This document shows positions 18,778 through 27,784 of a DNA stretch of 64,000 nucleotides, piece after piece. Source of the stretch: Candidatus Uhrbacteria bacterium (GTDB lineage: Bacteria > Patescibacteriota > Patescibacteriia > UBA9934 > GWF2-40-263). The stretch covers positions 197,110 to 261,109 of the forward strand of contig JAERTI010000043.1 in assembly GCA_016844925.1 (NCBI GenBank), written 5' to 3'. Made by a program: the position numbers and the translations under genes. The notes below the pieces were generated by a model. That model saw nothing but the letters and a program-made list of their open reading frames with translations. It made no database searches and was not told the DNA's origin. Numbering within the stretch: position 1 is the stretch's first letter; each line of letters starts with the position of its first letter.

Positions 18778-19974
18778 ATGACTCAAACAGAGCGACTGGC
18801 AAGAAATCCGCGGCTGCTCTTTTGGGGGCGTGCGTTGTTCGATGTGAAGATGCTCACCGCCGTGGTGGTGCTCTTCTATCTCCACCGGGGCGTGACCATC
18901 GACGAGGTGTTCTACCTGAGCATCGTCTGGTCCATCGCTTCTCTTCTGACGGAGGTGCCTTCCGGTTGGCTTTCCGATACGTTTGGACGCAAGCGTACCT
19001 TGCTCCTGGGAGCGGGGCTCATGGTTGCCTGTCAGGTGATCTACCTGTTCGCCCATGGCCCGCTCATGTTCATTCCCATATTCGTGTTGATGTCCGCAGC
19101 CTTCTCTTGTTTCTCAGGGACCGACGAGGCCCTGCTGTTCGAGAGTCTCAAGGCGTCCGGGCAAGAGGGGGAGATGACCAAGTTCAACGGCAGGCTCGCG
19201 TCTGCACGAACGTTGTTCAAGATCCTGACCCCGCTTATCGGCGCTTGGGTTGCCAAGGACTTGCTGGAGTGGCAGTTCCAGATCCTGATCTGGGTGAACA
19301 TCATCGCCGTGAGTGGTTCGGTGTTGTTCCTCTCTCGGCTGCACGAACCGCCTCAAGAGCTCTCTGTCTCGCAGATGGAGCTCGGGACGCTTCGTAAAGG
19401 CATCGCGACCATCAAGAGCCATCCCTGGCTCCTGCACGCGTCGCTCAACCGGACACTCCTATTCATCGGTGTGTTCATCACCTGGCGTGCGTACCAGCCA
19501 TTGGTTGTCGAGCAGGGGGTGGCCGTGGAGTGGCTCGGTGTGTTCGACTTCTTCGTCTACCTGTCTTTGTTCGCGGCCAAGTGGCACCTCGACAAGATCG
19601 TGGCGTGGATGGGCATGGCACGGTTCATGTTTGTCTCTGCGGCGACGGTCGTCTGCGCCCTTCTCGTGGCGATTCTCAGTCCGGCGGCCTGGGTTCAATT
19701 CCTGGCGCTTCTGGTTGTCATCTCGGTCGGCTCAGCGCGCTGGCCAGCATTCGCCCACGCGATAAATCACCGGATCGAGTCTGGTGCCAGGGCAACAACG
19801 CTCTCAGTACTCAACATGCTCAAGGGGGTCCTCGACATCCCCATTCTCCTGTTTGCAGGCTGGCTCGCTGGGCAAAGTCTCGTCTACTCGCTCTGGCTTG
19901 CACTAGCCCTGGCGATCATCACGATCCTCGCGTTTCCTATGCGGCAGCGCGATCTGACCGTTGAAACGGTCTAA
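18778..19974 (+). CDS. MFS transporter
   Basis: EVPSG.LSD.FGRKRTL, SGTDEALLFESL, RATTLS; same subfamily as 13838..15010. Confidence 0.9.
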   Translation: MTQTERLARNPRLLFWGRALFDVKMLTAVVVLFYLHRGVTIDEVFYLSIVWSIASLLTEVPSGWLSDTFGRKRTLLLGAGLMVACQVIYLFAHGPLMFIPIFVLMSAAFSCFSGTDEALLFESLKASGQEGEMTKFNGRLASARTLFKILTPLIGAWVAKDLLEWQFQILIWVNIIAVSGSVLFLSRLHEPPQELSVSQMELGTLRKGIATIKSHPWLLHASLNRTLLFIGVFITWRAYQPLVVEQGVAVEWLGVFDFFVYLSLFAAKWHLDKIVAWMGMARFMFVSAATVVCALLVAILSPAAWVQFLALLVVISVGSARWPAFAHAINHRIESGARATTLSVLNMLKGVLDIPILLFAGWLAGQSLVYSLWLALALAIITILAFPMRQRDLTVETV

Positions 19975-20193
19975 CCCACCCATCAGCAGGGGTGGGATTT
20001 TTATTTTGTCCAAATTCGAGGGGATTATTCGGGTACGGTGGATGAACTGTTACTTTTTAAGGCCTTCTGTTTATTACAATGTTTTAGGCGCGGCGTTTAG
20101 TGTCGTCTGGATCGGCATTGAGCGCTGTGTCTAAGGTCAGCTACCTGTGTGTTGTGCGCAGGTTTGTAAGCCTCGCAGTAGAGGAATTGAACG

Positions 20194-20775
20194 ATGGCTG
20201 GTTCAAACCAGGTCCTCGAGTTTGTGGGGAAGGTCCTCACTAAGGTCCCGTGGGGGAAGGTAAGCCAGAGCAGGCTCCAGACCGTGATCAACGACGCTGA
20301 TCGCGTTGCCGAGGAGTTCGTCAAGTTCATCAACAATGGCGGTCGTGTGCAGGTAGGACCTCCGTCGGTCCTTGATCTCGATGCCGATCCGCATATCCCC
20401 GATGGTTGGAGCATTCGCCTCGAGGATCAGATCGGCAGTCACCTTGCTGGCAGCTGGGAGGTGGACGTCGCCAAGATCAACCTCTACCGTCAGCAAGTTG
20501 ATAAGTCTATCGTGGGTTACGAGCTCAAGAAACAACTTGAAGGTCAGAAGGTTCTCCCTGCCCACGTACTCGACTACCTACTCGAGCATCCGGAGCTGAT
20601 TCCTGGACATTGGAAACGTGAATGGATCTACTTCTGGGGAACGGTTTACCGCATCTCTGATAGGTGTTTGTGCGTCCGTTGCCTCCGCTATAATGGGCGT
20701 GGATGGTTCGGGTATTACTCCCCCCTCGATATGTGGTTGGGTCACCATGCTCCTGCAGCGTTCGTCTTGAGCTAG
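20194..20775 (+). CDS. Hypothetical protein, paralog of 18005..18616
   Basis: Same shared motifs as the paralog; GAGGA SD. Confidence 0.75.
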   Translation: MAGSNQVLEFVGKVLTKVPWGKVSQSRLQTVINDADRVAEEFVKFINNGGRVQVGPPSVLDLDADPHIPDGWSIRLEDQIGSHLAGSWEVDVAKINLYRQQVDKSIVGYELKKQLEGQKVLPAHVLDYLLEHPELIPGHWKREWIYFWGTVYRISDRCLCVRCLRYNGRGWFGYYSPLDMWLGHHAPAAFVLS

Positions 20776-20941
20776 GTTCTGGGGACATGCTCTTGATTCA
20801 GGACTTCTGGATTCTTGTTTTCTAGCCTAACGCTCGAGAGCAGTGAATGCGCTTATTGCCCAACACGGGGCGATGAGTGCTTTTTTATTTTAATCAGATT
20901 TATTGACCAAATCCCCATTTTTGGCTACACTCGCGTACGTT

Positions 20942-22978
20942 ATGAATATTACAGAACTTGCACGTCGTCTTCGTGTCCGCCCGGACGAGCTCCGCAGTAA
21001 ATTGCCAGAGCTCGGTTTTAGTATCGGACGCAAGGCTATTAAGGTTGACAACCGACAGGCTTCCAAGATCATGCGCGCTTGGAGCGAGATGAAACGTCGT
21101 GAGCGTCTTGCTGAAAAGGTGGAGCGTCAGAAGGCTCGCAAGCAACTCAAGGAACTTCCAGAATCTGAACGTAAACAAATCACGCTACCGAATATTGTGA
21201 CGGTGCGTGATTTTGCTTCCATCCTTGAGATGCCAGTGCCACGACTCATGCAGGAGCTCATGCAAAACGGGATCTTGGCTTCTATCAACGAGCGCATCGA
21301 TTTTGATACCGCGTCCATCATTGCTGAGGACATGGGGTACCGCGCCCTTCGTGAGGAAGGCGAGACAGATGTTGAGGAAGATGCCGAGGGCATGGAGAAG
21401 ATTAAGGAGCGTGTTGAGGGTGAAGATAAAAAGAACTTGCAGGAGCGTCCGCCGGTGATTGTGGTGATGGGGCACGTGGACCATGGAAAGACCCGTCTGC
21501 TCGACGCAATTCGAGAGACAAATGTGATGGATACCGAGGCGGGTGGAATCACCCAGCACATTGGTGCGTACCAGGTGGAGCGTAAGGGACGTCAGCTGAC
21601 GTTCATCGACACGCCAGGTCACGAAGCCTTTACGGTGATGCGATCTCGTGGAGCGAAGGTGGCTGACATCGCGATCATTGTGGTGGCTGCCGATGACGGT
21701 GTGCAGCCGCAGACGCGTGAAGCGGTGAACATCGCCAAGTCTGCTGGTCTACCGTTTGTTGTTGCCCTGAACAAAATTGACCGAGCGGAAGCGAATATCG
21801 ATAAAGTAAAAAGTGAATTGTCAGAACTAGATCTCGTTTCAGAAGACTGGGGTGGTAAGACCATCATGGTGCCAATTTCTGCGAAGCAGGGAACGAACAT
21901 TGAAGATTTGCTGGACATGGTTCTGCTCGTTGAAGAGATGGAGAAAGAGAATATTGTTGCCAACCCTAATACTCGCGCGCTGGGGACTGTTATTGAGTCT
22001 CACGTTGATCCAGGTGCCGGTCCTGTGGCCACAGTCTTGGTGCAGAGCGGAACACTGAAGGTTGGTGACACGCTTGGCCTGCGAGGAAGTCTCTACGGTC
22101 GCGTGCGCGCCATGAATGACTGGAAGGGGGATTCCATGAAGGTGGCAGCACCTTCAACGCCAGCGAAGATCATCGGGTGGAAGCTTGCTCCAGCGGTGGG
22201 AGACATTATGGAGGTTCCAGAGAATGCGAAGGACCTGGAGCGCATCAAGGCAACGGATATGTCTCGTAAGGCTACGGAAGATGTGGCGTCCATTAAGCAC
22301 TTTGCGAAAGAAGGCGATGGAGAAGAGGGTGATGAGGGTAAGCAGATCCTCAACCTGATCATTCGCGCCGATGTACTTGGATCGCTAGAGGCCATTCTCG
22401 GAATGCTTGATAAGATTCAGCATGAAGAGGTTGGTGTGAAGGTGGTGCAGAAAGGACTCGGAAATATTACGGATGTAGATGTGAACTCTGCTGAGGCATC
22501 CAAGGCCATCTTGATCGGATTTAACGTCCAGCCAGGTGGTGGGGCCGAGGAGCTCGCTCGGGATAAAGAGGTGGACCTACGTCAGTACAAGATTATCTAC
22601 AAGTTGTTTGAGGACGTCTTGGCTGAGCTAGAGAAACGTGTGCCGTCTGAGACTATTATTACTGAGCAAGGTCACTTTGAAGTATTGAAGAACTTCCGCA
22701 AGACTGACAATGGTTGGATTGTGGGAGGACAGGTAAAGAATGAAAAAATTACTCCGGGCGCCAAGATTCGTCTTAAGCGCGGCGAGGAGTATGTTGGTGA
22801 AGGAGAGATCATTTCGTTCCAGCTGGGAGCGGCTGAGCTCAAGGAAGCTCAGATTGGACATGAGTGTGGAATGCGCTACAAAGGAAAGGTAAAGCCTGAA
22901 GAAGGGGACCTTATGGAGGCCTACACACAGGAGCGCAAAGCAAAAGAATTCAAAATTGAAGGGATCAACCTTCGCTAG
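20942..22978 (+). CDS. infB: Translation initiation factor IF-2
   Basis: GHVDHGKT, GGITQHIGAY, DTPGHEAF, NKID. Confidence 0.97.
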   Translation: MNITELARRLRVRPDELRSKLPELGFSIGRKAIKVDNRQASKIMRAWSEMKRRERLAEKVERQKARKQLKELPESERKQITLPNIVTVRDFASILEMPVPRLMQELMQNGILASINERIDFDTASIIAEDMGYRALREEGETDVEEDAEGMEKIKERVEGEDKKNLQERPPVIVVMGHVDHGKTRLLDAIRETNVMDTEAGGITQHIGAYQVERKGRQLTFIDTPGHEAFTVMRSRGAKVADIAIIVVAADDGVQPQTREAVNIAKSAGLPFVVALNKIDRAEANIDKVKSELSELDLVSEDWGGKTIMVPISAKQGTNIEDLLDMVLLVEEMEKENIVANPNTRALGTVIESHVDPGAGPVATVLVQSGTLKVGDTLGLRGSLYGRVRAMNDWKGDSMKVAAPSTPAKIIGWKLAPAVGDIMEVPENAKDLERIKATDMSRKATEDVASIKHFAKEGDGEEGDEGKQILNLIIRADVLGSLEAILGMLDKIQHEEVGVKVVQKGLGNITDVDVNSAEASKAILIGFNVQPGGGAEELARDKEVDLRQYKIIYKLFEDVLAELEKRVPSETIITEQGHFEVLKNFRKTDNGWIVGGQVKNEKITPGAKIRLKRGEEYVGEGEIISFQLGAAELKEAQIGHECGMRYKGKVKPEEGDLMEAYTQERKAKEFKIEGINLR

Positions 22979-23106
22979 AGAACGAGCAAGCACCTGGGCT
23001 TTCCCAGGTGCTTTGATTTCTGTACACTGTTGCCGTGTAGTCTGTGCTACTGCAAAAGGTTTGTGCACATGCTTAGATACACCCTGAACTCATAACCAAC
23101 ATTTTT

Positions 23107-23424
23107 ATGGCCGAAGTTACATTTACATCAGAGAACTTTGATGAAGCTGTGTTGCAGTCAGATAAGCCAGTCCTCGTTGATTTTTGGGCGCCATGGTGTG
23201 GTCCTTGTAAGATCATGGCACCGATTGTAGAAGAGCTTGCTGGAGAAGTGGAAGGAGCTGTTATTGGAAAAGTAAACGTTGATGAGCATTCTGCGATTGC
23301 TCAGAAGTTCAACATCCTTTCTATCCCAACCTTTATTATTTTCAAGGGAGGTCAGGTGGCAGAGCAGTTTTCTGGATCCATGAGCAAGGACCAGCTTCGC
23401 GAAAAGCTTGAGAAGCACATCTAA
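23107..23424 (+). CDS. trxA: Thioredoxin
   Basis: WAPWCGPC active site. Confidence 0.96.
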   Translation: MAEVTFTSENFDEAVLQSDKPVLVDFWAPWCGPCKIMAPIVEELAGEVEGAVIGKVNVDEHSAIAQKFNILSIPTFIIFKGGQVAEQFSGSMSKDQLREKLEKHI

Positions 23425-23426
23425 TT

Positions 23427-24365
23427 ATGGATGCCGAGAACGTCATTATTATTGGCTCCGGTCCTGCTGGGTACACAGCCGCTATTTACGCGGCACGCGC
23501 GGACCTCAAGCCATTTCAGTTTGAGGGGCAGCAGCTAGGTGGTCAGCCTGGTGGTCAGCTTATGCTCACCACAGAGGTCGATAATTTTCCGGGGTTTCCT
23601 GAGGGGCTCATGGGACCTGAGATGATGCAGCGTTTTAAAAAGCAGGCAGAGCGTTTCGGGACGCGGATGGAACCTAAGGACGTGACGCGCGTAGATTTTT
23701 CGCAGCGTCCGTTCAAGGTGTGGGCTGGTGAAACAGAGCATCAGGCGCAGTCTGTCATCATCACAACGGGAGCACAGGCCATTTGGCTTGGTGTGCCAGG
23801 AGAGGAGAAGTATCAAGGTCATGGAGTGAGCGCATGCGCCACTTGTGACGGATTCTTTTTCCGCGACAAGGAAGTGGTCATTGTTGGTGGGGGAGACTCT
23901 GCCATGGAGGAGGCCATGTTCTTGACCAAGTTCGCGAGCAAGGTGACCGTCATGCATCGTCGTGATGAACTGCGCGCTAGTAAGATTATGCAGAAGCGCG
24001 CCATGGACAATCCAAAGATTGAGTTTGCCTGGAGTACGGTGGTAACTGAGGTGCTTGGTAACGGAGAGAAGATGACGGGACTCAAGATTAAGGACGTAAA
24101 GACAGGTGAAGAGCGTGAGTTTGAGGCCGGTGGACTCTTCATTGCGATCGGCCACAAGCCAAACACAGGCATCTTTAAGGATCAGTTGGAGCTCGATGAA
24201 CAGGGCTATATCGTCGTTCGACCAGGTTCCATGATGACGAGTGTTGAGGGGGTATTCGCTGGTGGAGACGTTGTAGACCACACGTATCGACAAGCGATCA
24301 CAGCAGCTGGTACTGGTTGTATGGCCGCACTCGATGCTGAGCGATGGTTGGCAGAACAGGAATAG
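23427..24365 (+). CDS. trxB: Thioredoxin reductase
   Basis: GSGPAG, CATCDG, GGGDSA, QAITAAG.G. Confidence 0.96.
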   Translation: MDAENVIIIGSGPAGYTAAIYAARADLKPFQFEGQQLGGQPGGQLMLTTEVDNFPGFPEGLMGPEMMQRFKKQAERFGTRMEPKDVTRVDFSQRPFKVWAGETEHQAQSVIITTGAQAIWLGVPGEEKYQGHGVSACATCDGFFFRDKEVVIVGGGDSAMEEAMFLTKFASKVTVMHRRDELRASKIMQKRAMDNPKIEFAWSTVVTEVLGNGEKMTGLKIKDVKTGEEREFEAGGLFIAIGHKPNTGIFKDQLELDEQGYIVVRPGSMMTSVEGVFAGGDVVDHTYRQAITAAGTGCMAALDAERWLAEQE

Positions 24366-24467
24366 ATTTGAAAACTAGCCATAGGGGCTAGTTTTTTGGT
24401 TGCTTATCCACTGTTGTAGCACAGGCTATGGTTCGCCCTCTTGGCGGTGTGCTACCCTGGGTTCACT

Positions 24468-25688
24468 ATGAACAATCCATTTGAAAATGCGCTGGCTCAG
24501 CTTGAGCGCGCTACGAGCCTCGTCTCGTTCGACCCAGACTTTTTGCGAGTTATTCGTCACCCAAACCGGCAGGTGCGCGTGAGCATTCCGGTAAAAATGG
24601 ATGACGGACGGTTAGAGGTGTTTGAGGGGTATCGTGTGCAATTTAACAATGCGCGCGGGCCGTACAAGGGGGGGATTCGATTCCATCAAGATACGGACAT
24701 CGAGGAAGTGAAAGCGCTCGCGTTTTGGATGGCGCTTAAGACGGCCGTTGTAAACATTCCTATGGGAGGTGGTAAAGGAGGTGTGACGGTCGATCCCAAG
24801 CCGTTTACCGATGGGGAGAAAGAACGTCTGTCCCGAGGATGGATGCGTGCTATGGCTGAGGTGGTTGGTCCTCAGCAGGATGTGCCAGCACCGGACGTGA
24901 ACACGACGCCTCAGATTATGGCGTGGATGGCTGATGAGTACGGGAAAATTACGGGAGACACTAGCGGGGCGGTTATTACAGGAAAGCCGCTGGATGCTGG
25001 TGGGTCTGAAGGTCGCGGCACAGCGACAGCGCAGGGAGGCTTTTACGTATTCGAATCGTTGCGTGAGCGACTTGGTTTGCCGGAGCAGTGCACGGTGGTG
25101 ATTCAGGGATTTGGGAACGCAGGTCAGTTTGCTGCCAAAATCTGGAGCGATGCCGGTCATAAGGTGATCGCTGTATCCGATTCGCGTGCGGCTGTGGTGA
25201 ACCCTGAGGGGCTCGACGTGGCAGCGCTTATCGACCATAAGGCGTCGACAAGATCCGTGAGAGACTTTGCTGGCGCAGAGACGATTGAATCGATCGACGT
25301 ACTTTATCAAGAATGCGACCTGCTTATTCCTGCAGCGCTGGAGAACCAGATCCATGAGGGGAACGTTGAGAAGATTCAGGCGAAGGTCCTTCTTGAGCTC
25401 GCCAATGGTCCAACGACGCCAGAGGCTGATGATGCACTCTTTGGTCGCGGTATCCCCGTTGTGCCAGATATTCTCGCCAATGCTGGTGGGGTGACTGTCT
25501 CGACGTTTGAGTGGGAGCAGAATGTCAAAGGCGAGAGCTGGAGCGAGCAGGATGTGTTTGAAAAGTTGAAGGTGATTATGGATCGCGAGGCTGTGGCGAT
25601 TGCCGATCGGGCAAAGGAATTGGATACAGATCTACGTCGCGCAGCGTTCGTTGTAGCACTAGAGCGACTTCAGGAGGCCATGAAATAA
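24468..25688 (+). CDS. gdhA: Glu/Leu/Phe/Val dehydrogenase
   Basis: GPYKGGIRF, GGGKGG, DVPAPD, QGFGNAG, ELANGP, NAGGV. Confidence 0.92.
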   Translation: MNNPFENALAQLERATSLVSFDPDFLRVIRHPNRQVRVSIPVKMDDGRLEVFEGYRVQFNNARGPYKGGIRFHQDTDIEEVKALAFWMALKTAVVNIPMGGGKGGVTVDPKPFTDGEKERLSRGWMRAMAEVVGPQQDVPAPDVNTTPQIMAWMADEYGKITGDTSGAVITGKPLDAGGSEGRGTATAQGGFYVFESLRERLGLPEQCTVVIQGFGNAGQFAAKIWSDAGHKVIAVSDSRAAVVNPEGLDVAALIDHKASTRSVRDFAGAETIESIDVLYQECDLLIPAALENQIHEGNVEKIQAKVLLELANGPTTPEADDALFGRGIPVVPDILANAGGVTVSTFEWEQNVKGESWSEQDVFEKLKVIMDREAVAIADRAKELDTDLRRAAFVVALERLQEAMK

Positions 25689-25748
25689 AACAAACAAAAA
25701 ACCCTGAACGTTGTCAGGGGACCGCCTCTCGTATGGGGCGGTTTTCGT

Positions 25749-26666
25749 TTAGCTACCCGTCAGGTCCAGGTTCCTGCGCACCATCGGTGCAAGGAGACTG
25801 TCCGGCCAGGTGAGCCGTGTGAAGTCGGTGAACAAGTCGACGTCTTCGCAATGGGCCTTGGGGACGTGCACCAGAGCCGCTTGGAACTTCAGGTCGCTTC
25901 TCAGGCACTGCGAGACATCCTTGGCAACTTCTTGAGCTCCATCGAAGATCCTTCGTCGATCCCAGTGGTCAGGGCCACGAAGGTGTGGGTCCGGGTAGGT
26001 TTGCACCCACCAAGCCTGCGCGCTCTCAATACCAACCTTGACCTTGATGCTCAAGCAGATATTGATGTCTTGCTCCAGCCAGATCAGGTCTACGCCGAGT
26101 CCGGCGTCCTCGTGGATGGAGGGGAGGAGGACGCGGGCATGTTCTCTGGCTGTGAGCGAGCGGATGCAGTAGGCCGCTGCTGATGCCCCGGCGAATGCGC
26201 GGCACCATTCGTCCCCGTTGATGCCGGGAGAGTTGTGGGCTCCACGTACGTGCATCCAGTGCTTCTGCTCCAGGTCGCACAGCAGGAGTGCGAGCTTGTG
26301 CTGGATCATGGCACCGAGGGCGCACATGGCGGAGAATTCTGGTGCTTCCGGAGGGAAGCCTTGGAGTTGTTGTTGCCACTTGTGTAGCACGATCAGATCG
26401 ATGAGCTGCCTTCCTGTGATGTCGTGCCAGTAGCGCTTTGTTGCGAGGCGAAGCTCGAATCCGTAGAACTGCGCGTTGAGTCCGAAGGAGCGCTTCTGGC
26501 CCAGGCGTGAACGGTTTGGATGCGGGAGGTTGGACCTCGCCAACTTCTTCGCGTCCTTGTACGCGGCTGTGCTAATCCAGTTCAATCGTGGCGAGACTCT
26601 CCGGAGCTCCCGGTGGTCTGCCAGATAATAGTCGAGCACAAGTGACCTCCTTTTCTCGAGCGACAA
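25749..26666 (-). CDS. Hypothetical protein, possible PD-(D/E)xK-like fold; paralog of 26774..27664
   Basis: LLPS.HED...GVD..W......SIK; true start uncertain. Confidence 0.6.
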   Translation of the reverse strand: MSLEKRRSLVLDYYLADHRELRRVSPRLNWISTAAYKDAKKLARSNLPHPNRSRLGQKRSFGLNAQFYGFELRLATKRYWHDITGRQLIDLIVLHKWQQQLQGFPPEAPEFSAMCALGAMIQHKLALLLCDLEQKHWMHVRGAHNSPGINGDEWCRAFAGASAAAYCIRSLTAREHARVLLPSIHEDAGLGVDLIWLEQDINICLSIKVKVGIESAQAWWVQTYPDPHLRGPDHWDRRRIFDGAQEVAKDVSQCLRSDLKFQAALVHVPKAHCEDVDLFTDFTRLTWPDSLLAPMVRRNLDLTGS

Positions 26667-26773
26667 TCTCGAGAGAAGGGACTGTATGTTAGCGACAGGT
26701 GACCGTCAAGGAAGTCAGATTGTTTTGTAAATAAATACACCGCCTGTCGTGGGCGGTGTTTGCGTGGGAGCGG

Positions 26774-27664
26774 CTAGGTGCCGGTTCCGCGCAGGGGGGC
26801 TCGCGAGCGAGCGGCGTGGATTTGGTCCAGGAGCGTCTCGGGCCAGGTGGTGCGCTGTCGGCACAGGTCCAGTCGGATCGGCTTGCCTCGTTCCTTGCCT
26901 ACGTGGACGAGGATGGGTTCGAAGCGACGGGGGTTGCCTTCTCTGGTCTGTTCGTTGGAGCAGTTGCGTGCTCCGCGGGCGATGCGGGCACGTTCCCGCT
27001 CGATCCCTTGAAGGTTTCTTCCATTGGGTTCGCTGGCGATCCACCAGGCGCGCACGCGGGACACGTCTACACGTGCCTTCACGCTCACGGCCATGGAGAA
27101 GTTGCCTTCGAGCCAGAACACGTCAATGCCATGGACGACATCTTCGTGAGCGGAGGGGAGCAGGACCGTGGCGTTCTGTCTCTTGCACAGGGCCATGATG
27201 GTGTAGGCGGCGGCGCTGGCTCCTGCGATGTTGATGTGCCACTGTCGTTCAGAGAGTCCTCTGATCCGACCGAGGTTGTAGAGGCGGTTCCATTGACTCA
27301 GGTTGAGTTCTAGCAGTAGGAGCGTGAGCTTGCGCTGCATCATGGTGCCGATTCCGGCGCGCAGAGCGATGCCTTGTTCGCACTGCAGGTGCTGGACGTC
27401 GAGGAACCACTTGTGCAGGACGATCACTTCCAGGAGCGATCGGTCAGGCTGCTTCGCGTACGGCGTCTTGCCGCGAAGATGGAGTCCATAGAACTGGCTG
27501 ATGAACCCTTTGGACTGGCTTCCATTCAGGATGGTGCGGTCCGGGTGCGGGATGCGCTCTGCAGCAAGCTCCAGGGCCTGCTTGAAGATCTTGTCGGGGA
27601 TGTTCCTTCTTCGCTGTGACCAGTAGAAGATGGCGCGGCGGGTGCCTAGGAAGCCATCGAGCAT
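26774..27664 (-). CDS. Hypothetical protein, possible PD-(D/E)xK-like fold; paralog of 25749..26666
   Basis: QFYG, IVLHKW, AGASAAAY, LLPSAHED...GID, SVK, TWP shared; AGGAGG SD. Confidence 0.65.
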   Translation of the reverse strand: MLDGFLGTRRAIFYWSQRRRNIPDKIFKQALELAAERIPHPDRTILNGSQSKGFISQFYGLHLRGKTPYAKQPDRSLLEVIVLHKWFLDVQHLQCEQGIALRAGIGTMMQRKLTLLLLELNLSQWNRLYNLGRIRGLSERQWHINIAGASAAAYTIMALCKRQNATVLLPSAHEDVVHGIDVFWLEGNFSMAVSVKARVDVSRVRAWWIASEPNGRNLQGIERERARIARGARNCSNEQTREGNPRRFEPILVHVGKERGKPIRLDLCRQRTTWPETLLDQIHAARSRAPLRGTGT

Positions 27665-27784
27665 GGTCTACACCTCCTTTTCTCAGGTAGATCTGAGGGT
27701 GGAGACTACAGGTATTTTGGGGAAATGTCAAGGAATTAGCCTTAATATTGGCCTAAAAATAGGGATCTGCTATGATTTGCTGGT

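Noticed and set aside
18700-18778. Leader attenuator for the second MFS gene
   Set aside because: No short ORF plus terminator found between the TTGACA promoter and the ATG
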